This document shows, piece by piece, positions 20,001 through 29,698 of a DNA stretch of 64,000 nucleotides. Numbering within the stretch: position 1 is the stretch's first letter; each line of letters begins with the position of its first letter. The translations under genes were made by a program, and so were the position numbers. A model generated the notes under the pieces. It was given only the letters and a program-made list of their open reading frames with translations. It searched no databases and was not told where the DNA came from. This stretch comes from Candidatus Kapaibacterium sp. (GTDB lineage: Bacteria > Bacteroidota > Ignavibacteria > Kapaibacteriales > UBA2268): the NCBI GenBank assembly GCA_963664875.1, contig OY761611.1, positions 1,344,001 to 1,408,000 on the forward strand. Direction: 5' to 3'.

Positions 20001-21613
20001 AATCTGTTAAAATAGTCATAATCGTTATTGATATTTATAGTGGGATCTAAATATGTTTCGTAATCAGAATTTAAAGAATCAGGGAAATTAATGCTTGTTT
20101 CTCTACCTTTGAATCCATTTTTTATATCCATCGCACGAGCAGGAGAAAAGTTTCCTTCTTGCCAACCATGCCGAATATATGGAGGTGCAATTGCGGCATC
20201 CCAATTATTGAAATGAAGCCCAACCCACCTCTCAGGACATAATGTATAGTATTCATAAAGTTTAGGATGTTTATAATTGTCTCTTGTAATTACCATATTG
20301 TTTGTCAGCTTGTTTGCATATCTTAATGGTCCCCACCAATAATACTTATCAGATTCTATATCCTGAAAATAAAATCTAAAAAACTGTGCATCTTGAAAAC
20401 CATTTGTTTCACTGTAAACATCATCAAGAGAAGTCTCAACGATTCGTTTTATATCGTATAAGTATGTTTTTTTTCGCTTTTCGTCACTAATTAACAATGT
20501 ATCTTGAGTGGGATCAGGTGTCAACACACAACTGGTTAAAGTGTTTCTATTCATGCTGTCAGCCACACCTGTAAGTAAGTAGTGGGCTCGCATTGTCTCA
20601 ATTCTCACCCAATCAATCGCTACATCTAAATTCCCAAAATAATTTACTTCGATGTCGATAGAGTCGATTTCAAATGGATCCTCTCCAAAATCATGATTTT
20701 TTTCTATCTCAGAAACTGTAAAAAAACATGAGGAAAATGTTATCGCTGAATTTTCTGAAGTAACAGGTATAATTCTATTTGTCACTAACATTGAGTCCGA
20801 TAAAGACTCATACATCTTTTGGTATTTCCCTCTATTTTGATGATAATTTGCGAAATATATTGAATCCTCATCTTGCTGTGGAATACTATCGAATACCATA
20901 AGTCCTGAAACGTTTTGTCCCCAATACCTGATTTTTAAACTGAGTACAGCATCATCATTTATGACATTATCTATTTCAGGATTTAATCTTCTGACATTAG
21001 CAGTTAGATACCATTTGCGTCCAAAATACATATCTGTCTGACCTGAAACATCTTTCGCAGCTCTAGAAACAAAATGAGGCTGAGGTTGTATATCTTTCAG
21101 AACTGTATTGCCTCCATAAGAAGCTACAGAGTCTTTGTATAATATCAACCTTGAATAGTTTACATCTGAGGAATTAGATAAAATTGTACCTCTTCTATAC
21201 TTGAAGCCAAATACAGGGTTCGATGAATCTTCAGGTCTCAGTATGTCTCCAAAATTATTATCATTCAGAGGTAATGTTGGTTCGTACTGCATAAAAGGAG
21301 CCCAGTAATATGCGGGAATATAACCTGTCGCATTCAAATCTGAAGGTTGATATAGTAGCAGCAAAGTGTCATTTGTCTGAAATTCTCCTTCGTGCACGTT
21401 TCCAGTACCACGTATATTATTACGAAGCGAATCATCCATTAAAGGAGTACCTGACCACTGAAAGCCGTGTACTACTGCATTTTGCTGATAATTGTTAGGA
21501 TTAAATACTTGTGATGACTGATTTCCAAATTCAAAACTCATTGGAGAGGGCTCGCTATCTTGTGCTTTTAGCAAAAACGGGGCTAATAGCAGCATCAAGA
21601 ACAATCTTTTCAT
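17081..21613 (-). CDS. Large secreted protein with T9SS-type C-terminal sorting domain
   Basis: Signal peptide MKRLFLMLLLAPFLLKA; Cys-rich region; C-terminal PHPA...SGQYYLVI...FVVIH; ORF track start 21658. Confidence 0.8.
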   Translation of the reverse strand: MKRLFLMLLLAPFLLKAQDSEPSPMSFEFGNQSSQVFNPNNYQQNAVVHGFQWSGTPLMDDSLRNNIRGTGNVHEGEFQTNDTLLLLYQPSDLNATGYIPAYYWAPFMQYEPTLPLNDNNFGDILRPEDSSNPVFGFKYRRGTILSNSSDVNYSRLILYKDSVASYGGNTVLKDIQPQPHFVSRAAKDVSGQTDMYFGRKWYLTANVRRLNPEIDNVINDDAVLSLKIRYWGQNVSGLMVFDSIPQQDEDSIYFANYHQNRGKYQKMYESLSDSMLVTNRIIPVTSENSAITFSSCFFTVSEIEKNHDFGEDPFEIDSIDIEVNYFGNLDVAIDWVRIETMRAHYLLTGVADSMNRNTLTSCVLTPDPTQDTLLISDEKRKKTYLYDIKRIVETSLDDVYSETNGFQDAQFFRFYFQDIESDKYYWWGPLRYANKLTNNMVITRDNYKHPKLYEYYTLCPERWVGLHFNNWDAAIAPPYIRHGWQEGNFSPARAMDIKNGFKGRETSINFPDSLNSDYETYLDPTININNDYDYFNRLFSVENNIQPIWEARLYGYYYNPNTNVKNLIYSDKNWWIYSLFYSAEITPWQNGTTIDSIFNWNTYRAKTAEEFRLQWHSSMIRGCKGFIYDGDHQTDVDRQKRELRLGIGDTSKFTSYPLLSREVGDDFINSEYDTWNLETDSTRFSYVDTTAQYAGIDRDRVYIGTRSIRSELVKLHTFLDLMSDEIMDLRPFASLSKGYRQWQNWDERYSATDVWNNYIEFDTTKLFTKKIWEPTTGNYAVVKESYDSSFFDLTLMRYSENDIDNNKFVLGIQNRRTDPLLYLNSEVPLNSMIFISAAEFDEFVQNGGELYKNDQYYSSDFWKDLWWKRLGCRQLSVPINFKADNNPNYFSGRYYEIKELGYDNSELNSKFWRQPDLYHMIDTVIKENEAFTANLLPGQGKMIGVEAKYLAQTPEMEDTTCVTCNGINENIEVEVRQYQDNCYHLIIKNTGDCDYTALQLLFENELTHKHMSYWVPDDRWSFQWNEDARRCSFEGDLHAGEEYVITTCVYEGRTNYFQLYAGFADANNTIQCENFIDSGSFDDCCSFLSPVTLESSDIDCDSTGGCAWKVMAEVNPDSTCYTSYGIRAVKEDGTTEDITEDIIGDGSIYAEFCYCGEEVKFEFYLKDENDSIACVKELVDSCNLCDKYTIKDGLPIDPRHPAQELYLYTHIDELQVAYPRTHTNALWFKTIELNEIGYMLDKIEIEEYDMSGNLLKINDVYINESSSTAYPADFQRALDSKYRIVFYDKDGNVLCSYEFERHWELLQDNDIFEPSAMAIPVGNFCEYGIDVEQNQTPVDPIDIYYVIVSDMEAPSVVLHYEFRDPKSASPFDFSTSYHLTDLVKPIDSTLKVEIHYYDANFQPVEVSELTSSCMQMRTMSFASPILSSVSTMPHPADDKFSVEYTLLQSAKVEFEIRNQYGTVLYYKNEGNQKSGVHYKGFDTSSFISGQYYLVIQAGSETKVIPFVVIH

Positions 21614-21614
21614 T

Positions 21615-22946
21615 CTAATTCTCCTTGACGACTTTATAATCCGCAACAGTAGCACCACAAGCAGCTCTAACGATATAGATTCCTACACTAATACGACTTA
21701 AATCAACAGTCATATCTTCACCGTTGTAATTCCATTCTGCCTGAGATGTTACATCTGCACCATTGGAATCAAAAATTGAAAAACTTGGTTCACTTGTTTC
21801 GCAGATTAAAGGTATTGTTACTATGCTTGTAGTTGGATTGGGATAGATAATGTCGTTTTTATTTTGTTCCTCAATAGATGTATCGAAGTCGTAATAGCCA
21901 GATGAAATACTCATGTTTCCTAAGCCGATAATTAAATTTGAACTTTTAGAAATCCTTGACTCTATTCCCCAGCCATAACCAGAAGGATGTTGTGAAAAAT
22001 ATACAATAGAGCCCTTTTCTAAATCTAAGATATTTGTAATAGATGAAAGTGTCGATAAAATATATTTTGAATCCTCATACAGGGAAATCTTACCAGGTGC
22101 TACAATATTACTTTCTATATTAAATCTTTCATCAACAATTTTCTTCTCTGATACATTGTAAACCGATAATCCTTGATGATTTTTATCGCTTTCAAAATGT
22201 TTGAACCTGCCCGAAATATAAATATTATCCGAGTTCACTCTTGAAAATTTCAAATCGCCAGGGTCGCCAAATTCGTTAGAAGTGTGAGGTGCCATATAGT
22301 GGTCAACTATCTGCTCTCTTGTTTCTAAATCCCAAACTAAGAGTTTTGATTTGCCTTCGCTGATGGAAGCGAGGTATTTACCATCATACGAAACAGCAAG
22401 ATTTATCAACCACAAATCAAAATGACTTTCATCTGTAAGCTCACCCACATATTCTAATGTTTCTGAGTTGTAAATAACTATCTTAGATTTACTTTCTTCT
22501 TTATCAGGCTGATTTATTATGTATTCTATTCGTAAGTACAAAAGTGGTCTAATCGGATCTATTTGCATTTGACCGTAAAACAAATGATAATCACCATCTT
22601 CAGTTGGCATTTCTATGCTTTGTACCACTTCTAATGTTTCAATATCACGTATTTCGAGGATTGTATTTTTCCTTGTAATCATTTTTGTGCTATCAGCAGA
22701 AAATTCTATATCTGTTAAATTTTCTCCTCTACTCAAGACTACTTGTCCTGTAAGAACTTCCCGTATTTCGAGAACATTGTATCGTGCAATAACGCAATAA
22801 TCATTATCAGGCATAAATTCAATATCAGAAACATACCCTTCATTCAATGCCTCTGACCATAAAAACTTCATTTCACCTGCGGTGGAAGTAGCAATAGTCA
22901 AAACTAACATACTGCATAAAATCAAAATCAAACATAAGGATTTCAT
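21615..22946 (-). CDS. Secreted WD40-like beta-propeller protein with T9SS C-terminal domain
   Basis: Signal peptide, repeated DIEFxxD/LxVWDL motifs, C-terminal IYPNPT...GIYIVR...KVVKE. Confidence 0.85.
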   Translation of the reverse strand: MKSLCLILILCSMLVLTIATSTAGEMKFLWSEALNEGYVSDIEFMPDNDYCVIARYNVLEIREVLTGQVVLSRGENLTDIEFSADSTKMITRKNTILEIRDIETLEVVQSIEMPTEDGDYHLFYGQMQIDPIRPLLYLRIEYIINQPDKEESKSKIVIYNSETLEYVGELTDESHFDLWLINLAVSYDGKYLASISEGKSKLLVWDLETREQIVDHYMAPHTSNEFGDPGDLKFSRVNSDNIYISGRFKHFESDKNHQGLSVYNVSEKKIVDERFNIESNIVAPGKISLYEDSKYILSTLSSITNILDLEKGSIVYFSQHPSGYGWGIESRISKSSNLIIGLGNMSISSGYYDFDTSIEEQNKNDIIYPNPTTSIVTIPLICETSEPSFSIFDSNGADVTSQAEWNYNGEDMTVDLSRISVGIYIVRAACGATVADYKVVKEN

Positions 22947-23685
22947 AGAGTGGACTCCAAATAAAAGAATTACAATACTTATATAATCAATGTAATAATT
23001 ATATTGATATTATAAAAATAAAATTTTAGCTAAGCTGATAATTAACTTGAAAAAATTGTATAGGTATGTTTTTTAAAACAGGTTGGCTACATAAATTTTC
23101 AATTTTTGGTGCTTCTTGGAAATATTATTGGAAGGAAAAGTTAATTTAGAGTCGTTTTTTCTTAAACTTAAATCTTTAATGCTAATATTTCGCCATAAAA
23201 TCTATTATAAGAGTTTTTCATGTTTAGCAATAAACTTTTACTGCTCTTCAATAAAAACCTAACAGAATAGATTTATGGTGCTTATTTACTATAATTTGTT
23301 TTGTTATATCTGCTTCTTTATCTCATAACATTCTATCTTAAATACTTCATATTTTATACCACTCATTCTTCTTTTGGCTTTATTTCAATCAAGAGTTTGT
23401 AGTTCATGGTAAAAAGCTAACTTGTAACAATCTTTTTCATCTTTGAGATTTGCAGACAAACAAGAAAATTGCTTTAAGTATTAGCAATATAAATCATTTA
23501 CAATATTGTATACAAAACTTTTTCCTCGCTGATTAGTTTATATAAATATACAATATTATCAGTGATGAAGCATATTAAGCTTATAAAGAATAAAACAAAA
23601 AAAATCTCTCTCTTCTACACATTTGGGGGGGGGGGAGCTTAATATAACGAAGATTGATGTACAAATGGAATCGTAAAATTTATAA

Positions 23686-24759
23686 TTACTTCAACACATC
23701 AAATTTCGAGACGTTGTCGGTAACAATGCTTCTAAATTCAGTATTAAAAATATTTCCAAATGCTCTATCGCTTACATTCAGTTTTTTGGCTATCAATCTG
23801 ATATAATTCAATTCACGTTCAGCAATTTCTCCATCAACTTTCGCTAAATCCAACAAAGTATATAGAATGTTGTGCTTTTCTAACGGATGGTTATTCAACA
23901 AAGCAAAATCAATTTGTATTAGCTTACAATCCCACAGAGATTCACCAAATGTACGTTTATCTACTTTAGGCAAGTCAGATTCAACAATTAGTTTTTCTAT
24001 TACTTTAATTTCTTGCCTTTGAAGTTTTCCATCAATTTTTATCAAGTTGATATACAAAGCAATTTTGTTGTACTCTAACTTAAGATGTTCTTCAAGTCGA
24101 TTATTGTCTTCTTCTTTTGAGGTTCTTACGATAAAGATTTGTTTAGCACGGTTCCCAATCATAAGTGTTGAGATTCCGTCAAAGGATGCTCCTACAATGC
24201 TTGCTAAGAGAGGAATACTATAAGTAACTTCTTCTGCTCCTTTGACTGATAAACGCTGTACTATTGACTTCAGAGCAGTTTCATTGATTATCTTGATTGC
24301 TTCCTCACTTAAACCTTTCACTAACAATTCGCCTGCTGTGTGGGATGCAAATTTGGCACCTACATTTTTAAGTAAATCTGCCGTTTTACCAACTGTCCAA
24401 CTTAAAAGAACAAATGTCTTTACTTTTTTATCTTTCAAATCAAACCCTGCTAAATGTGCAATTGCAGCTACCATTCGCATCTGTAGGAATGTAACACCAA
24501 CTAAAGATGCAGGAATCATAAAAGACATAGTTAAAAGACCGCCTAAGCCTGTTATAAATCCTGAAATAGAAGCTTTTGAGGTTTCTTTCCTGATGATTTT
24601 GTTTGCCATAGAAAGTAAACTATCATTTGGATTATAAACCGAATCAGCAAGCTCTATTGCAGAATATGTGCCAGGCAGTCCTTCAAAAGATTTTTCATAA
24701 GCCCAATCTATGAGCTTTTCAATTTTCTTTGAACCATGCTTAGATTTTAACATAAACAT
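23686..24759 (-). CDS. EcsC-family domain fused to a C-terminal TerB-like domain
   Basis: GFITGLGGL...QMRMVAAIAHLAGFDL (EcsC); IKIDGKLQRQE and AKVDGEIAERELNYIRLIAKKLNVS (TerB-like). Confidence 0.75.
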   Translation of the reverse strand: MFMLKSKHGSKKIEKLIDWAYEKSFEGLPGTYSAIELADSVYNPNDSLLSMANKIIRKETSKASISGFITGLGGLLTMSFMIPASLVGVTFLQMRMVAAIAHLAGFDLKDKKVKTFVLLSWTVGKTADLLKNVGAKFASHTAGELLVKGLSEEAIKIINETALKSIVQRLSVKGAEEVTYSIPLLASIVGASFDGISTLMIGNRAKQIFIVRTSKEEDNNRLEEHLKLEYNKIALYINLIKIDGKLQRQEIKVIEKLIVESDLPKVDKRTFGESLWDCKLIQIDFALLNNHPLEKHNILYTLLDLAKVDGEIAERELNYIRLIAKKLNVSDRAFGNIFNTEFRSIVTDNVSKFDVLK

Positions 24760-24790
24760 TTAATATGTAATGTATTGAGAATTATCCAAT

Positions 24791-25276
24791 TTAAAATGCT
24801 TCATAGCTTGTGAGCTCTTCAACTCTTTTCATAGCAGAAACCAAATCATCTCCATGTTTGCCGTCTTTGACTTCTTGAAGAACAAGCTTCAAAACTTCGA
24901 TAAATTCTTTTGCTTCTGCTTCTACAAATTTCTCTTCAAATTCTACAAGATCTTCTTTGGCTTTTTGCATTGCCTCTTCAAACAAGTGCTCATACTCACT
25001 TGTGCTAAATACAACTTCTTTTTGTAGCTCTTCTTCGGCTTCTTTTCTACCTTCTTCTAAAGCATCTTCTACAATTTTTGCAAGTAGAACTTTCCGTTCT
25101 TCATCATTACTGGTAAAGAACTTATAGTCATCTTCTTTATCTTTAATTTGAGTTTCTATAAATTTAGCTAACTTTTCGGCAGTATCAAGATCTTCTGCCC
25201 AATCAACAAAACTAAACCCTACCCAAACAATTTTTTTTCTGATTGAGTTTATAAAATCTGTGATAAAATTTGACAT
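24791..25276 (-). CDS. Acidic helical hypothetical protein
   Basis: 161-aa ORF with AAGGA RBS, part of a co-oriented cluster. Confidence 0.75.
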   Translation of the reverse strand: MSNFITDFINSIRKKIVWVGFSFVDWAEDLDTAEKLAKFIETQIKDKEDDYKFFTSNDEERKVLLAKIVEDALEEGRKEAEEELQKEVVFSTSEYEHLFEEAMQKAKEDLVEFEEKFVEAEAKEFIEVLKLVLQEVKDGKHGDDLVSAMKRVEELTSYEAF

Positions 25277-25326
25277 AGTGTTATTTCCTTTTTTGTTTTT
25301 ATTTTAATATTATTAAATCATATTTC

Positions 25327-26409
25327 TTACATCAATGCAGGTCCAATCAAAACATCAAAAAAAGTTAGGATCATCCATATCCAAAAACTTGCTTGAGTCT
25401 TTTGTAGAATTTTATTCCTTTTCCAAATGTAAACAGGAATCCAAAATATTGACCCAAATTGTTCAGTATCATGACCTAAATTTTTAAGTTTAGAAGAATC
25501 AATCCCGATAAATATCAGATTAAACATGATATAAACGACACCCCCCCAATTGCTTAAAAAGTGATATAAATCAGCATAAGCTTGGACGTTGGTTTGTATA
25601 TATTGCTCCCAACTGAAACTCATAATTAGAAGAAGTACAAGACTACTAATTAATGGAGAAAATGCAACCCACCAAATTGAACCATTCGGGGCATTTTCTC
25701 CTAACACAGGAGGTGGAGTGTGAATGTATTTCTTCAGCTCTGTATCTTCAACAGCAACCCAGTTATGTCTGCCCTCTTTATAAACAGCATCTCCGTAACT
25801 AATATGTTCTTTTTCAATTGCTAATCTCATTTCAAATTCTGTAAAAGGACCTTCTCTGTCCCCATTTCTGCTATAGAACCAAACTTTTGGTAAATCTTGA
25901 TTCAATCTCTGTGCATTTTGATTTACAATTATCTTAGCTTCCTGCCAATTCTCCTGATTGTCTGAACTTACTTCTGTATCAGATGAAATAGTATTATCTA
26001 AAGTAAGTTTTAATATTTTCTCAAAGTCATATGCACCATAGACTTGCCCATTTTTTCTGTAGAACCAAGTCGTTCTATTAGTCTCTTTAGTTGGAGCTGA
26101 TTGATTTGATTCTGTGTCTATTTTACTGTCATCCTCAGTTGCTACCGACTTTTGTTTATCAATAACAGTAGCATTGGATTTATGTATAAATACTTCTCCT
26201 TCCACAGCTTTACGATTTGGCAAATTATTGGTGTCACTTCCTATTTTATTTCCACAATTCGAGCAAAACTTTGAATCTTGATGATTTTCGGCTCTGCAAT
26301 TTGAACAAATTTTCAAGTGGTTAACTTTCTCTCCACAATTATTACAGAAATTGGCATTTTCTGCAATCGGTAAATTACAAGCAGAACAATTTCGCATATT
26401 ATACTCCAT
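25327..26409 (-). CDS. Membrane protein with double zinc ribbon and two GYF_2 (DUF4339)-like domains
   Basis: Two CxxC...FCxxCG units; WFYRKNGQVYG and WFYSRNGDREGPF motifs; C-terminal TM helices. Confidence 0.8.
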   Translation of the reverse strand: MEYNMRNCSACNLPIAENANFCNNCGEKVNHLKICSNCRAENHQDSKFCSNCGNKIGSDTNNLPNRKAVEGEVFIHKSNATVIDKQKSVATEDDSKIDTESNQSAPTKETNRTTWFYRKNGQVYGAYDFEKILKLTLDNTISSDTEVSSDNQENWQEAKIIVNQNAQRLNQDLPKVWFYSRNGDREGPFTEFEMRLAIEKEHISYGDAVYKEGRHNWVAVEDTELKKYIHTPPPVLGENAPNGSIWWVAFSPLISSLVLLLIMSFSWEQYIQTNVQAYADLYHFLSNWGGVVYIMFNLIFIGIDSSKLKNLGHDTEQFGSIFWIPVYIWKRNKILQKTQASFWIWMILTFFDVLIGPALM

Positions 26410-26437
26410 TTATTGAACGATTCCTATGGTTTGTTGG

Positions 26438-27286
26438 TTAATCTTTAATCAACCTAATAGAATAAAAGTTCTCCTTGTTACTGCTTTCTCGAAGAAGTTC
26501 ATCTGAGGAGTATTCAACTTTAAGAGATCTTGAAATTGCATTAGTATCTGAAAGTTCAGTAGCTGTCCACCAAGTACTGACAACACATAAACCTGAGAAT
26601 CCGTCTTCATATTTGCCACTTGGAATTGCTAAAAAACCACTTTCACCGATTTCTTCCATCTTTTCAGTATAGTTCCATAAACTTTCAAACCCAATGAGTT
26701 TTATACCAATAGATTTATTATTCCTATCGAATGACTCAAGTTGATGTTCTGACAGTCCAAGCAATGATTCTAATGTTTGCCAATCTTCATCTGTAGGAAT
26801 ACGATATCCAACTGGTGCGATTCCACGATCATCAGAGACTGCATACCAATTGTAAAGTTTCCCAAATTTTGCTCCTCGACTTTCATCAAAGTTATAATAA
26901 CACCATGCTCCAATTTTGTTTCGAGAAGCATTTTCCAATTCATAACTGTTTTTACATTGGGGGATTAAGTCTCCATTCTTATAAGATATCACATCTAAAT
27001 TGCGAGTCATCCATGTTTGATTAAAAATGCGGATTTCTTTTGCCGAAACCCAAGTTTGGATAGTTCCCCAATTAAATACAATTCCCATTGATAGAATTAA
27101 TAATGCCCCCGGAAGAAAAGCAAAGAATACAACTCTTTTGGGAAAGATTATTTTTGACTCATTTGAGCCTTTTGTATTTTGTAAAACAACCGACTCCTCA
27201 CCATCTAAAGCTATTACCTTAATTCCGCATTTGTTACAAAAGTTTGCTCCTTTCTGTATTTCTTTACCACATTCTTTACAAAACAT
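26438..27286 (-). CDS. Zinc ribbon + TM + Fibrobacter succinogenes major paralogous domain protein
   Basis: MFCKECG...FCNKCG; QTWMTRNLDV, GKLYNWYAV, GYRIPTDEDW, WWTAT and YSIRLIKD motifs. Confidence 0.85.
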   Translation of the reverse strand: MFCKECGKEIQKGANFCNKCGIKVIALDGEESVVLQNTKGSNESKIIFPKRVVFFAFLPGALLILSMGIVFNWGTIQTWVSAKEIRIFNQTWMTRNLDVISYKNGDLIPQCKNSYELENASRNKIGAWCYYNFDESRGAKFGKLYNWYAVSDDRGIAPVGYRIPTDEDWQTLESLLGLSEHQLESFDRNNKSIGIKLIGFESLWNYTEKMEEIGESGFLAIPSGKYEDGFSGLCVVSTWWTATELSDTNAISRSLKVEYSSDELLRESSNKENFYSIRLIKD

Positions 27287-27327
27287 AATGTATATCCTTT
27301 CAATAATGAATCAATATCAAATTGAGC

Positions 27328-28998
27328 TTATTGAGCCTGTTCTTCTCTTAAATTATAGAAATACCATACTGCTCCGTATATCATATAGGAATCTCCAACA
27401 TGAGTTACGTGCAAGTTTGTTTTCTTACCTTTGTAATTAAAATTTAGATTAAATGTGTTAGAGTCAAGATTTGAGTCAAGTTCTTTGAACATAACCTCTA
27501 AAACAAGCTTCCTGAATGATTCAGGCAACTCTATGTCTTTCCAAGCATAAAAGCGATTTTTATATTGCAGTCCCTTTTTATCTACTCGGACAAGCAGTTT
27601 TTCTTTTTGTTTAGGAGTGAGTTTTACTTTTTCTGCTTTCTTATTGTCTTTGAAATACTTATCAAAAACTTTTCTCAGGATATTCTTCTTTTCTTTTGGT
27701 AAAAAAGGTGAGATTATCAAATCCAATATCCAAACTACCAAAGAAGTTGCAAGATATAATATCCCAAATATCACCACTATAATGTATGGCATTGCTACCA
27801 AGAATAGAAACCAAGCGACGTAAAATGCTAATAGCATCGCAATGAAAATTAAGATATTCATCAATATATTTGAATCACCATTAAGTATATTTCTAACAAA
27901 TAACACGGAAGCAGCTATTATTGGTGGAACAAGCATAAAAACATATATATATCTATCCGAATTGCTGTAGAAAGATAGAAATTCTACCGGCTCTTCTTGA
28001 AATCCAAATACCTCTTCTATAATTTTTTCTCTGAGCTGCTTATCAGTCTTGTGAACTATTAACCTATCCTCCTTGGTTTCACTATCATTTATTTTGTACT
28101 TTTCTTCAGATATAGATTTTTTCAAATCTTGAAAATCAGCATCCATTTTTTTTGGTTGTGTTTCTATTTCTGTCTGTGTCTCTTCTATCTCTTCTTTCCT
28201 TGCGAAGTTGACTCTATCAGAATCAGAATTCTCAGTAGTGTCAGATTTCATATATAAGTACATCTCTTTCTTTTCTTCATCACTTAGTTGATTTAATATA
28301 CCGTGATGATCCGAGTCATTTTCATCATAATATTTTTTAAACCATGCCTTATATTTAGAAAACTTATATCTTTTTCCTACAAATTTTGCAATAAGAAACG
28401 GAAGAAATAATTGCATAAGCCCTGCCTGACCACTTAAGGCAGTCGGCTCGTCATTTGCGAAATCTATTCCCAGCACTTCAGAGTTAAGGTATGAAATAGC
28501 TATCAAACTAATGAAGTAAACTCCGACTTGAATAAATATTTTTGACCAACTTAGATTTTCTTTGAACTCTAAAAATCTTTTGTAAAGCGGAGCTGAGTAA
28601 TTTTTCGATATCACCTGTTTATAAGTTATATGGTAATCTTTAAACTGATTAAATGTCAAGAAGTCATCATAACTTAGTCTGTCAATATTCGGTAAAGAAC
28701 GGTTGTTATAATTACTTTTTAGTTTTATCCAAAGTTGATGTTCCCAATACATCAATTGGGCTCTGTTCTTAATTTTCCCGGTTTCAATTCGCATCTCAAT
28801 TTTTTCAATTTCGATTTTTAGCTTTTTGTAGCTTTCTTCGCCAAGTGCTGTCTTCCAATTTTCGCACTCTACTTTAAATCTTCCAAGCAATTCAGGTTTA
28901 TCAGGATCTCCGAACAATTCAAGTAAAAACATAAGAGCCATATAGAATCTAACTAAAATCCATTCTGAAGTTGTTTCTTGGTATATTGTGTTACTCAT
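27328..28998 (-). CDS. Multi-pass membrane hypothetical protein
   Basis: Long ORF with two groups of hydrophobic helices; likely start MSNTIYQE (ORF track 29031). Confidence 0.7.
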   Translation of the reverse strand: MSNTIYQETTSEWILVRFYMALMFLLELFGDPDKPELLGRFKVECENWKTALGEESYKKLKIEIEKIEMRIETGKIKNRAQLMYWEHQLWIKLKSNYNNRSLPNIDRLSYDDFLTFNQFKDYHITYKQVISKNYSAPLYKRFLEFKENLSWSKIFIQVGVYFISLIAISYLNSEVLGIDFANDEPTALSGQAGLMQLFLPFLIAKFVGKRYKFSKYKAWFKKYYDENDSDHHGILNQLSDEEKKEMYLYMKSDTTENSDSDRVNFARKEEIEETQTEIETQPKKMDADFQDLKKSISEEKYKINDSETKEDRLIVHKTDKQLREKIIEEVFGFQEEPVEFLSFYSNSDRYIYVFMLVPPIIAASVLFVRNILNGDSNILMNILIFIAMLLAFYVAWFLFLVAMPYIIVVIFGILYLATSLVVWILDLIISPFLPKEKKNILRKVFDKYFKDNKKAEKVKLTPKQKEKLLVRVDKKGLQYKNRFYAWKDIELPESFRKLVLEVMFKELDSNLDSNTFNLNFNYKGKKTNLHVTHVGDSYMIYGAVWYFYNLREEQAQ

Positions 28999-29131
28999 AC
29001 ATTTCCTTAATAGTATTTCCTTGATATTCAAGGATTGTTATCTATAAAGTGTAAAATATCATCATTTTTTCAGGCAGGTGTATAAAGAATTGCAACCTGC
29101 CTGAATAAAGTTCTAAGATTTTCTTCCTAAT

Positions 29132-29428
29132 TTATATGCCTTCTGCAGGCATATCACCTAAAATTGACATTACTAAGCCTCCGATTGCAAGTCCCATTAC
29201 TGCAAAAAGTATTATTCCCAAGACAATAGCTATACCGATTAGTATCAAGGATGCTTTTGCCCAATTTGCTTTATTCGGGTTGGTATCAGATCCAAATGCC
29301 CAAACAAATAGCATTATAAATCCGACTATAGGAATTGCTGTAATTAGATATGTTACAAACCACTGCCCGAAAGACATTTCATTTTGATTAGATGCAACAT
29401 CAAAGTTGTTTAGTGCTGTGTTTTCCAT
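29132..29428 (-). CDS. Small membrane protein
   Basis: GAGGAG RBS; SFGQW...IPIVGFIMLFVWAFG...ANWAKA. Confidence 0.8.
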   Translation of the reverse strand: MENTALNNFDVASNQNEMSFGQWFVTYLITAIPIVGFIMLFVWAFGSDTNPNKANWAKASLILIGIAIVLGIILFAVMGLAIGGLVMSILGDMPAEGI

Positions 29429-29443
29429 TTGAATTACTCCTCG

Positions 29444-29641
29444 TTACATCATGCTTAAAATAACTAAAAAGAATGCTATTGCTTGGAATGCTAATAGTGC
29501 TTTTGCCCAGTTTGCAATAACTTTGGGAGTGCTGTCTCCTGCCACCCAAACGATTAGCATAATTAGACCAATGATTGGAATTGATGCCAAAATAAGCTTA
29601 CCAATCCATTGCCCTACTGAAACTGTTGAATTTTGTGTCAT
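29444..29641 (-). CDS. Small membrane protein, paralog of 29132-29428
   Basis: SVGQW...IPIIGLIMLIVWVAG...ANWAKA. Confidence 0.75.
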   Translation of the reverse strand: MTQNSTVSVGQWIGKLILASIPIIGLIMLIVWVAGDSTPKVIANWAKALLAFQAIAFFLVILSMM

Positions 29642-29698
29642 GTTTGTTTTCCTTAAGTTAGTTGAACTATAGTTGTATTTATAATAAATAATAAATAT

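Noticed and set aside
23625-23635. G11 homopolymer as a phase-variation switch
   Set aside because: Intergenic, about 680 bp from the next start codon, with no evident promoter link
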